From Lama glama (lineage: Eukaryota): a stretch of DNA of 64,000 nt. A model generated the notes under the pieces. The model made no database searches and was not told the DNA's origin. It worked only from the letters and a program-made list of their open reading frames with translations. The translations under genes and the position numbers were made by a program. Position 1 is the first letter of the stretch, and each line of letters opens with the position of its first letter. The stretch spans positions 248,001-312,000 of the forward strand of contig CM052817.1 of assembly GCA_028534125.1 (NCBI GenBank), given 5' to 3'. Shown one piece after another: positions 23,501 through 35,500 of the stretch.

Positions 23501-26500
23501 CGGAGACCAGGCCCAGGGTGGCACGGTGAGCCAGGCGTGCAAGCCGGCTCGGCGCCTGTGAAGGCAGCGGTGTCCTTGAAGGAGCTTCCCAACAAGCCCC
23601 TCTCGACAGAGAAACCCCTGACGGAAACGCACGGAAGCCAAACCCGCCTGCTGCTGCAGGGCTTCCATGGAATGCCCGCCACCCACGCCTGCAGGACGCC
23701 CAGCCACGACCAAGCGCGCCTGACAGACGGCAGACACACTGGCCCAGGCAGAGGAAGGGGACAGGCCCGGGCGAGCAGGGGCCACTGCTCCCCACGGCAA
23801 CATGCGCTTTGCAAGAGAAAGCACGCGGGATGCCAGCCCCTCGCCGACACGTGCCTGCATGGACAGAGGTGTACAAGAGCCCAGAGCAGCCCACCACAAC
23901 CGGCCCCCGCTGGGCAGGGCAGGCTCCCGTGAGCACCAGGAGCACGCGGGCGACACACCTACACTGAGCAGCCGTACGTATGGCCCGAACCTTTCAACCC
24001 AGCGATCACGCTTCCAGGATCGCGCCCTGAACACACGTCCTGACACGCAGGAAACTGTCCTCTGCAGCGGTGATGCTGCACACAGCCGACGTCCCAGACG
24101 GTGCCACACGGAGACGCGTGCACACGAAGGGACAAAGACGGTCCCACTCAACTCAGCACTGACTCAGAAGAGAGAAAGCAGACAGAAGGCACAAGAGCGG
24201 ACACATCTGCCTGCTCCTCAGGAGAAGGAAACTCGGAAGGTGAAGCAGGACGCAGCGAGGGCGACTGGGGGACATGGGCAGGGGATGCGGGCCAGGCTCT
24301 GCCTGCATATCAGTTCTTCGGGGAACCCGAAACCGCTCGCAAGATAGAGTCTGTTAACTTGAAAATAAGATGAAAGATACAAGATAAATAAACCCAGATG
24401 TGTTTCGGTCGAGCAGCCTAACAGACCCACCCTGGGTCTGGGCCGCACACGAGGCCGTGAAAAGAACCACAGGCAAACCCTGAGCTCTTCTGAGAGGTTT
24501 GGTTTTCCTAGCGACCCTGGAGCTCCCAGCTCCAGCACAGGCTGCAGCGGGGCCAGGCTCCCGCTGGGACGGACATGCACGCAGGGTGGGGCGGGGGGTC
24601 AGGCATGTGTGTTCCTGAGGGCAGGGGATCTCCGCGCCATTCACGCACAGGCCCTGCCCCCACACAGAGGGCAGCGCTCCTGCAGGATCAGGGACGACGA
24701 GGTGGGCCAGGTAGGTGCATCCTGCCGCTGCAGAAAAGAGGTAAACACTCCAAAGCGACGATGTCAAGGAATACAGGAACCAGCACGAAGCACACCCACA
24801 CATTTCAGCACCAAAATAACCACTGAGCCGCAGAGGCCCGAGCAACGAAGAACCATATCCACCAGGCCCCGCGAACAACAGGCAAGGCGCAGGGTTCCGG
24901 TCCCTGGGCACGGCAGGCGTGGAGCAGCCGTGGTGGTCACGCAGCCGCAGAGCAAGACACTACACCTTGGCCTCGAGGTCAGAGTGACCAGTCCCTGATA
25001 CGCGGTGCACTCGATGGTGGGGGTCTGTTCAGGGCACACGACTCAGAGCCCCGCGAGGTGATCACAAAACCAGGTCTTCCTGGGCCCCAGCCCGGCCCCA
25101 GCATGCCCGGCCAAGGCCTCCTTTCACCCCCATCCCTGCCAGCCAACCTGAGGAGAACGCGGTTTGCAGCACTGAGACGTGGGCACTTTGCTGGGACCGA
25201 CTTTCCTATAAATGCTTCCGACAGGGCAGGTCCCGAGGGACAGACAGACAGAGCAAGCACAGGCTCGCACCCCAGCCTCCGGGAACAGGGCACCGCCTAT
25301 AGCAGAATCACTCGTCTCCGCACTCCTTTTCGGAACATGTCTTCCCCGGGACCCCTGCCCTCTCCGCTCATTGCTGTTTTTCTGTCTCACATGGTTTTGA
25401 TTGTGCAGTTCCTGCGGCCGTTTACCGAAGTCCAAGTTAGCAGCAGGAGGGTGCAGTGGCGAGTGTGTGGACAGCGCCCACCCTCCCGGACGATCCCGAC
25501 ACCAGGGTGTGTCTGCTCCCACTCAGTGCTGCTTTCCACGCACATGTGCTCCGAGCACACCCTCCAAACCTCCTTTGGGGTCACCTGTGGGAGCTGCCAA
25601 ATCTCCTTGAAGTTATATTTTTTAATGATTTATTTTAAACGAAAGTTCTGGAGACGGATGGTGGGACAGTTGCACAAGGATGTGAACGTACTTAACGCCA
25701 GTGAACTGCAAGCTTAAAAATGGTTAAGACAGTAAATTTTATGTTATGTGCTTTACTACAACAAAAAAAGGTGCACAAAAAAAAAAAAAAGCAATAGGAC
25801 ACTCAGAGGCAAGTCTGGGATGAGAACAGTGATGGCGACACAGGGTTTGGTGTCCCGGTAGCCCGCCAGCCCGGCCAGCCCAGCAACCCTGCTCACCTCC
25901 TCCTCCACGAGGGCCCGCCGCTGGGCGCTCCAGCTGTAGTCGGGGTAGTGGGATATGGTCGTGGCACTGCCAAAGTCACACAGCTTAATGGTCCCCTGGT
26001 TACTGAGTAGTAAGTTTTCAACCTGCAAAATTCCAGAAGACAGTCTTCGTGAGCTTGGGGAGCAAGCTGGACGGTGGAAAAACACCCAGGGCTCCAGCAC
26101 AGGGCAGGGTGCCCCGAGGGGAGGGGCTCAGAGGGTAGAGTAGCCGGCGTTTTCCTGGGCAAACAGGAAACCTCTCTGATCAAAACTGGTATATGTACCT
26201 TTAAAATGAGGACTTCAGAAAAATAAAAGCTAAAACCAACCACAAATCAAAGAAAGATAAACTAATAAGGTGGTATCTACAATGAAAGCCTTCATAAACC
26301 TCAGAAGGCGAAAAAAACACCACTTGAAATCATCAAGTGCACCCATAACAGGAAGGTATCCAACAACAGACACACAGAAGACCCCCTGTTCAGAAATGAG
26401 CTGTGATGAATTTAAAAATCCAAAATGAAGAGGGAGCGAGACTGTATTCCTAAGAGGAAAGACACAAGCCCGCCCCAACGCCCTGGAAGCCAGCCCAGCA

Positions 26501-29500
26501 CTGTGGCCTCCGCAGGCCCACACTCAGAATGGCTTTTATTTTTTAAACAGAAAAAAAAAGAAGAATCAAAAGACCAGTGTTTCAAGACACAGTGGGGGAG
26601 CAGTTCTGCTGACCCGGCCACGCCTGCTCAACCAGACAGCCTGTGGCTGCTTCTGAGCCGCTCGGTCGGGAGATTTGAGGCAACTTCAGCCAGATTCCCA
26701 AAACTTTTCTGGGTGGGAGCTGACAAACTGATCCAAAATTTACAGGCAGACCTCATGTTCCTGAGCCTTTCATATACAGAGGTCGCAGCAGCCCAGCCTC
26801 GAGAGTCTGTCGGCACCGTTTCTCCAACAGCACCACGCACTTTCTGTCTCCACGTCACGCTCTGGAAAATCTTGCAATATTTCAAACTTTGTCACCATCA
26901 CTGTACTTGTTGTGGTGTCTGTGACCAGTGACCTGTGATGTCACTGCTGCGACTCACTGAAGGCGCGGATGACGGTCAGCACTTTTAGCAATACGGTATC
27001 TTCTCACTGAAGTACAGACGCTGTTCCTTAGACACAGGCCATTGCCCACTAACAAAGCACAGCACCATGTGAACACAACTTCCAGAGGCACCGGGAGACA
27101 GACGCCACGGGACTCACTCTGCTGCTGCATCTGCTTTACTGGTCTGGATAGAATGCGCAGCATCACCAAGATGCCTGCGTGTGGAGACACCAAGGGCCAA
27201 AAAGAGCCACACGGTCCCAGAGAACCAGACGTAAGCCCACCGTGAAGCCATGGTACAGAAGGCAGAGAGAGGCTGCCTAGGACCCCCAACGATGCACCCA
27301 GGAAGACCTGCCCCCCAAGCGCGAAGGAACGACCGAGTGAGAATGCAGCGGGGGGAGCAAGGTCTGCCCTCATGCACTGAGCGGGCTGCTGCTGCCGTGA
27401 GGGGCACAGCACTGCCCGAGGGGACACCCACATGCCCACGAGCAGGACGAGACAGGACGAGCCGTGTTCTCAGAAGAAAGCCCACTGAATCCACGCATCA
27501 GCTGAGGCTGACCACCAAGGGCCAGCCAAGCACGGGCACAGGGCGACCAAGTGCTGCGGTGGGAACATTCCCAGCCACGCCCCACAGCATCCAGGGGCCA
27601 CGCCCGGGACACGGGCGTCCTGAGGCTCAGAGCAGCGCTGCTGGCTACAGGCACAGAGTGGGGAGCCACCAGGTGCAGCGCACTGGTCCTGCCAAGCATG
27701 GACGACCCAAGGTGGATAAGCCTCAAAGTCACAACCCTGAGCAACAGCTTGACACATGAGACCCTGCACTGTGGGTCCCTCACGTGATGACCCCAAAGAG
27801 CAAAAGGCAAAAGGGCATGAGGAAGGAGCAGGGCACACAGCAAAAAGTAAAGCAAACAGCTGTCACTAACAGCAAGAGGGACGTGGGGCCCCAGGGCTGA
27901 CACTTGTGTCTAGAACATACGGATGCCAGTCCACAGACCGCGGCATCCGGGGGAGCCAGGCACGGCTGCAGAGCACGGAGGGGGCCAGCCTGGGGGAGCC
28001 CCGGCCCCCGTGTCCTGCCTGCCCTTCCAGAGCACCACCTGGGAGGCCTGGAGGGAGTCCCAGCACTGGGCCGCCGCACACACGCAGCACCGAGGAGAGG
28101 AGTCAAACCCAGGCCAAGCTCACAAACACCACGTCTTCACTAACGCCATCCTTCTAGTCTTTCACTTTCCTTTAAGGAGAAAAATACACACACACACACA
28201 CACACACGCACACACGTGCACAGCACATGAAGCACAAGAGTCTCGATGGCACGAGGAAGCCACCAGCCGCACGGCCGAGGGCAGAGAAGGCCTTCTCCCT
28301 CCAAGACCACCGCCGCCCAGGTGTCCCTGACAGCCCTTCTGCAGGCCCGGGGCCTGGGAGGTGGCTCCCATCCCACAGGTTTCTGCAGCCAAGTTGACTT
28401 GTCACCTTACACCAGGCCCCTCGGGTCCAGGAACAAACAAGAAAGGCCAGATTCGTCCGAGGTTCACATCCATAGGAAGGCGCCATGCCCACGGACAGGG
28501 CTGTCAATGCCCATCTGACCCCTACTCAGCCACCAGGCCGTGGGGTGCGCTGTGCCTAAGAAGAGCCCACCACAGGGAAAACCCGGGGAGGGCAACCCGG
28601 GGAGGGCAACCCGGGGAGGGCTGGCCAGACTGCATCTGAGGTTGCACTGAGGGGTTTTAGTCCCGCTGAGGCCGCCGCGTGTTTCCGCTGCATTAGAAAC
28701 ATCCTTATTTGCATGAAAGCACCTGGAGAGAAACAGCATGTCTGGGGTCTGCTTTAAAATTCTTTAGCGGGGAGGACCAGGGGGCCGCGGCCACCCTGAG
28801 ACGTGGTCAAAGCTGGGGCACTAGCTTCGTGGACACTGGATAATTAATAAAACGAGGCCAGAAACCGGGAGAAGATATTTGCAACACGTGTAACTTAAAA
28901 ATGACTGTTGTAAGGATGTACAAAATCAAACCAACAGACAATAAAACAGGGGAAAACTAGGCAGGTAAGCGAAGATCGAAGGCACCAAAGAGCATAAACA
29001 GCAGAAACGCTCGACTTCTTCATTAATCAGGAAAAGGCAAAATCACTACTCAGATGCCCCCAACCAGGCGGCAAAATGACAAAGGGCAGCTCCCCACACG
29101 GACCAAGCCCCAGGCCTAGGACGTGTGGCATCACTGCAGGAGGCAGCGTCTGTGGTGAAACGCAGGCCCTGGCACTAGGCAGCAGGGCGGGCCAGGCTGG
29201 GCCCCAGTGGGGTGACGGAAGGGTGGTGGCCAGCGCAGCACAGAAGAGCAGTCACCTTCCTCCTGGTTCCACGCCAGGGCCCAGTCCTACCCTAGCATCA
29301 GGGCCCCCGCCCGCGCCCACACCGGCACCCGCAGGAGAGGAGCACCCCGTGGAGGCCTGCTGGGCATGGGGAGGGGGCCCTGTGTGCTCCAGCCAAGTGG
29401 GAGGACTCGGGGAGGGCTCTGCTCTCGGCTAGCAGGCCCGACAGGTGCAGGGGCTGGGCGGGCATGGCGTGGAGGGAGGGCAGGGGGGCCGTACCTTGAG

Positions 29501-32500
29501 GTCTCTGTGGATGATGGGTGGCTTCTGCTTGTGCATGTGCTGCACCGCTCTGCATGTCTGATAAAATATCTTCAGAACAGTATCGCACGAGAGCGGACCT
29601 TTAGACTCAACTTTCTTTAAAAATTCCACCAGCTGCCCTACAAGAGACAATCACCAGGGAGCTGTGAGTGCTCCGCCCGCCTCGGGCATGCGCCCGCCAG
29701 CCGCACCCTCCTGAGCCCGCTGGGGGGTGTGCAGCCCCCACCAGGGCGCGGGCCAGCGCTGGGGCGCCCTGTGCGAACGCCTGCCTACCATCGGCACGCC
29801 CCTCCCTGCAGAGTCCACGCAACGTGGCAGCTACGTGGGAAAGGATGACAAACATGCCCAACTCTCCAAGTACCTCTAGGGAACAATCACTGCATCCTCT
29901 GCTAACTCTTAAATCAATGTAGCACCTCCGTCATCACATCCTCCACGTGCACACAGATGCGGAACGGAGCGTGCAGGGAGAGCACGACCAGACAGCGAGG
30001 CTCTGGGCACCAGGACGCTGTTCTCAGGGGCTCCCCACCTCAAGGCTGTGCCTCCCCATCTCTGTAGCCCAGGAACCCCGAGGCCTGCTGTAACCGGCCA
30101 CAGCCCAGACCTTGAAGCCGGGCACCTCAGGTATAGGGTGGCCGGCCCCCTCCATGACTATGCATGGTCCCAGCCTCCACAGGCTCCCACCACCCCCGGG
30201 CCCCGGACCCCCAACCCTGTTCTTGCCCTGGACGTCTCAAAGCATCTTCCTAGAGTCCAGCCTCTCCCCAGCCCCACGCTGCCCTCACCCTGGTCCAGGG
30301 CCCAGGCCACCTCGGCTCCCTTGCTCCCAAGGCCCACTTCACACACTAAGGGCCCGTGCCCGTCCTGCTCGATGCAGAGCCAGGGTCACCACACCTAAGG
30401 GCCCACGATCGGCACTCACTCGTTCTCTCCAACCTCACCTCCCATCATCCCCTGTGCTCATTCCCCTCGAGCCACAAGCCTCCTTTCTGTCCGTGCCTCA
30501 GGACCCTCACACCTGCAGCTCCTGGGCTCCCGAAGCTCCTGACCCGACCGTCGCCCTCCAGGGAGCCCTCTGCTCAGCCTGGCTGATGTGCACCCCTTTC
30601 CCCAACATGTGGAGCTGCCCGCCCTCCAACTCTGGACTTGGGTTGGGCTCTGTGCTGTGCCCTAGCCCTAATCCTCAGCGGGGCGGGGGCCCCAGGGGGA
30701 CAGGGGTCCTAAGAGTAGGTGGGGCCCCCAGGATGCGGATGGAGCACAGGCCTCATGAGGTGTTGTTGAGGGTCTGGAGCAAGGGTGACAGACTAACTGC
30801 CAGGCTGGCTGGGGACGTGATGCGCTGGTGCAGGGCGGGGCACCGCAACATCAGGGTTCACTGGCCTGACGTTCAACCAGAGTTAAGAGAGCTCTTTTTA
30901 AATTAATTCCATCAGTGGCAGAGCAGCCAGAGAGAGCACTGTGGAGGGCGAAGCCTTGGGGAATCAGGAGGGTGAAGGCTCCACGGAGCATACCCACGGT
31001 CGACTTCCAAAGACCTGCCGCCTGTCAGGCACTACCACACCTGCTCTGCGAGCACCCTGAGGGTTCAGCCTGGGCCTCGCGCACCAGCCCAGGCAGGCGG
31101 TCCTGCCCACGCCACACGCAGTGGTGGGCTTCACGAGATCGCAGCATCAAGGATGCCCCTGACACACGTGGGCAACCAGGCCCCCCTCCTGGCGCCTCCT
31201 GCACCCCAGGCCTGCACGCACCTGCAGAAGGGCAGCCACAGCCTCTAAAACCGAACATCAAAGCCAAAGCATCCTGGATGGTGAACGGGGAACACAGCAC
31301 ACGAACCAGAGACACAAACAGCCGAAAACACAAAGACACACGTCCACTGCCAGCAGCAGAGCACGAGGCAGACGGGGACCCAGTGGGCAGGGCCTCCAAG
31401 GGGAACATGCTGCCCAACCACAGGAACGGGGGCAGCTCAGGGACCTCCCAGTGTGGGTCCTGCTGCACTGCAGACAGGGCCCAGCCCTGAGGGCCGAGGC
31501 AGCTGCCTAGCTCCCACAGGCCCAGCTCCCAGCCTTGCCTGACTATTTCCTGCTGCCCCAGAGCGCACGAGGATGCCAGCGCTCACCCTTCCTCCCAGCG
31601 CCAGCTCTGCTCTCGCCCCCAGGGCGGGGACCCAGGGGAACTCTCCCCCCAGGGCTGGGACAGGCCATGGGCAGGGTGGGGGTGCAAGAGCTCCCGCCAG
31701 GCAGCTAGCCACGCTCTTCCACTAGGACCAGTGGGTCTCAGGAGCGAAGGCCCCGGGCGCACCCTGCTGTCAGGGCTCAGACCTGCTGGAACCTGACCTT
31801 TGCAGAGCTCCATGAGCAGCAGGAACTCGGCCTGCCCCGTGTCCGACTCCTCTTTTCCTATTGATGCTGCAGAACAAAACTGGACGATATTGGGGTGACC
31901 TGAAAGTTTTTTCTGTGGGGATCTTGTTAAAGGAGAAGGTATAAGCCTGCATGTTTGAGAACAAACATGTACACAATTCTAAAGTCAAAACACCGAATCC
32001 AAAGAGTGCACCATGGCAGGGTGTCAGAGCAGAAAGATGCAAGGGGGTGGGGGCAGCCAGGATGCAGGGGGTGTGAGCAGGAGAAGGACAGGCTAGGGTG
32101 AAGACCCCAGTGGGCTGGCCACACCCAGCCCCAGCCAAGCAAGGCAGCAGCACAGGGCGCGGCAGGGCTGAGGTGTGACGGGACACGCAGCCACTCAAGC
32201 CCAGCGAGGTGAGCACCCTCAGCCCAAGCGGCTGGCAGGCTCGCAGTGGACAGTGCTTCAGGACGGAAGAGAACTGATTCTGACAGCAAAGGGCAAAGCC
32301 CCAGTTTGGGGAGAATGTGTGCAGGAGTGGGGAGCAAGCAAGACGGGCCCTCTGTGCACGGACACCCAGGCCCCAAGCGCTCCAGCCAGGGTGAGACGTG
32401 AGACAGACCCCAGCCCTGAGCAGAATCAATATGGAGCCAGGCCTGGTGAGGGGCTGGGGGCACAGCCACTTGCCGGGTGCCGTGGGCCACATCAGGGAAC

Positions 32501-35500
32501 GAGGGGCAGACATAGGGCAGAGGCACGGGTCGGCCCACCCCCAGGGCCTGTAGACCTCTTGTCAGGGACACCCACCTCCACTCCCAAAGCTACAGACCCT
32601 CCCTGTTTATCACCCTGAGGGTGAAGAACAAGAAGAAAAGTCCCTTGTGCGAGACACGCCACAGGGAAGCCCAGTGAAAGCACATCGAGAAGGGTGCCGT
32701 CAGGAGCCGGGCGCGGGCCCCGCCACGCGACCAGGTCTGCGCTCAGTCCCCAGAAAGGATACCATGAAACAAACTTCCTGAATGATGGCTCTGTTCTTCT
32801 CCTCTTCGTCAGACAGTAATCTCTGTATCGGGAAAGAACACACGAGAGAAAATGAAAGATTTGCTCTTTCCATGCTGCATCCAAGAGAACAAACACAACG
32901 CATCTAAGAGCTCACCCTGCCTAACTCACGTAGAAACGTGACAGAGTTTAAAGACCCTCGGAAATGGTCACGATCCAAGGATGCAAGAAAAACTAAAAAC
33001 AGGAGGGTTTTCTTCAAACAGGCTAGAGGGAAGGGAGGGGAGACATGGGTCTGGCTCTGGACCGCACAGTCCAAGTACGCCCCCAGCTCAGCTGTGCACC
33101 AAGACCAGCCCTCGGCGAGTCTCAAGACAAACCAGCCTGTGCGCCCAGCACCCGACATGGGCCGGATGACCCCGCCGCCCATTTACAGGTACACTGTGAC
33201 ACGTTGTTGCACATGAGTGGCTTTCAAACTCCTGGCATCTGTGGAGCCCTTATTTTGGCAGTATCAACACTGTGAGGTCACCCTCCACCCTCCACTGGGT
33301 CCCCGCCCCAAAGCTGGAAGCCACAGCTTTAAAGTCCTCAGACCTGCTGATGGCTTCACACTGAAATAACAAATAAGACAAACAGACACAGACTGTAAGA
33401 AAGAAACATAAAATAAAGAAGGAACAAACCTCTGAAAATGTCACTTAGCGATTTCCTTTAAAACGAACTAAAACCCCATAAAAATGCTGTCACCCTTTTT
33501 ACCTTCAGTGCATACTCTCTGCCACTTCCCAGATCCTGAGCTTCATATACAAATGCAAACCCTCCTGAAAGTTAGAAAAATACATGTGTCAGTTCAGTGC
33601 TGTGATTTTACTCAAAAATGAGCTTCAAAAATGTCTTTACTAAGTAAAATACAGGCTGGGCTTGTGGCCGCAGTTTGTTTTCTGCAACAGTAATAGCCCC
33701 AATTGGTGTAATATTGCCCTTTAAACATCTTGCTTTGAGGCAGGAAGGAAATGAACATAAGAACGAGATTAATGAGGGAAAAATCAACAAAACCAAAAGC
33801 AGTTCTCCAAAAACAAATCAATGACCAATATCACACATGCACATGGACGGAAGAATCCTTAAAGCGTTAATTCTAAATAAAATTCAGCGTTGGCAAATCA
33901 AAGCCAACAGCACACAGAAACGCACAAAACATCACAACTTGGTGGAGTTAGTTTAACAGCGAAAATCAGTGTAATTCTGTTGATTCCATTTGCTTCGCTT
34001 TTCCTAGCTCCCTATAGTGGGGAATGACATCATGAAACCCACAACTCTCAGCAAAGGCGGGAGAGAAGGTGAAGGGCAGCTCTGAGAGACGCACAGGGAC
34101 CCCACGCTCGGCGGTGGAGACCAGAGGCCTCCCTCTAAGATCAGGGCCAAGGCAAACGCTCAGCACCTTACTGGAAGTCCTGGCCAGTACAATCAGGCAA
34201 GAAAAGAAACAGAAGGAACCAGATTGAAAAGGAAGAAGAAAAAAGTTCTTTTTGCAGGCAACGTGATTGTCTACGTAGACAACCTTGTACCCACCCCCCA
34301 AAAGTAGTAAATGAGTTCAGGAAGGTTGAGGGATGGCAGTCACACGTGAAAAGTCAACTTTATTTCTACAGACCCTAGGTCAGGCAAACACTTCTTAGAT
34401 ATGAAAACAAAAATATGATCCATAAATGAAAAATATGATAAATGGACTTCTTCAAAGTGAAGAACTTCTGGTTTTTGAACTATACCATTGAGAGGGTGAA
34501 AAGATAAGCCCCTGGGTGTGGACTTTGCCAATCACACACCCAGTAATGGTCTTCTACCCACAAAATGTGAAGAAAGCTCAGTTCAACAACATTTTAATGG
34601 GCAAAATACATGAAAAGACACGTGGCCAAGATAAACAGCTGGCACACAGGCACGTGACAAAGCGCTCCATGTCCCTGCGCGTTGCGGGAAGGCACACTTA
34701 CACCACAAGGGCCTGCTGCTCACCCCTCGTGCCGTGCACCCTGCTGACCCTGCTCAGGGGACACCGAATGGCACGATCAGTTTGGAAAACAGTCTGGCCT
34801 TCTTGACAAGTTAAGCACACAGCCCCTCCACAGCCCAGTCATCACTGCCAGGTATTTCCCGGGGAAGAATGGAAGCACACACCCACACAAAGACCTGTAC
34901 ACGAGCGTTCACAGCAGCCTTGTGCGGAACTGCCCAAGCTGGAAACAACCCACCGTACGCCAGCAATGAGGCAGGAGCCAGCTGCCCCTACAGGGAGCAC
35001 ACTCACCCCCAGGTCAGACGGGTACCGCCAGCACATGGCACGGGACGCAAAGACAGCTGCTGGAAAGAAAGGGCCAGGAAGAAGTACACGTGCCCACACA
35101 GAAAGCCCCAGAACACACACACGATGTGCGGCGACAGAGGCTGGCCCGCAGCAGGCCAGGGGCCCACGGTGGGGGGGGAGGTGGGGCTGACGGCGGTGGG
35201 AGGGGGGTACTGCGCAGGCTCCAGATGGCTCCCACCCTGATCACAGCGGTGGCTCCGCTGATGCGCACTCGGCTGCACATGTTCAAAGTGTTCTGACACG
35301 TATGTGCCAAGTTCCTGTATGTCATTTTTATCTCAAGACAGACATGAGAAAATTTAAGTAATAAAAAAATCCACATGAAAAACAGATGAAAGGAAATAGA
35401 TGAAAATCCATAAAATAGATAGTAGAAATAGGAAACAGATGGCTTCGCTGGTGAGTTCTATCAAGCACTGAAGCGAAGAAAGCACAACGATCTTTGCACA

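Noticed and set aside
16896-27787. TCACGTGA palindromes (16897, 27780) as CLEAR elements for TMEM175
   Set aside because: They are 16-27 kb from the promoter, and CACGTG is frequent throughout this CpG-retaining region.
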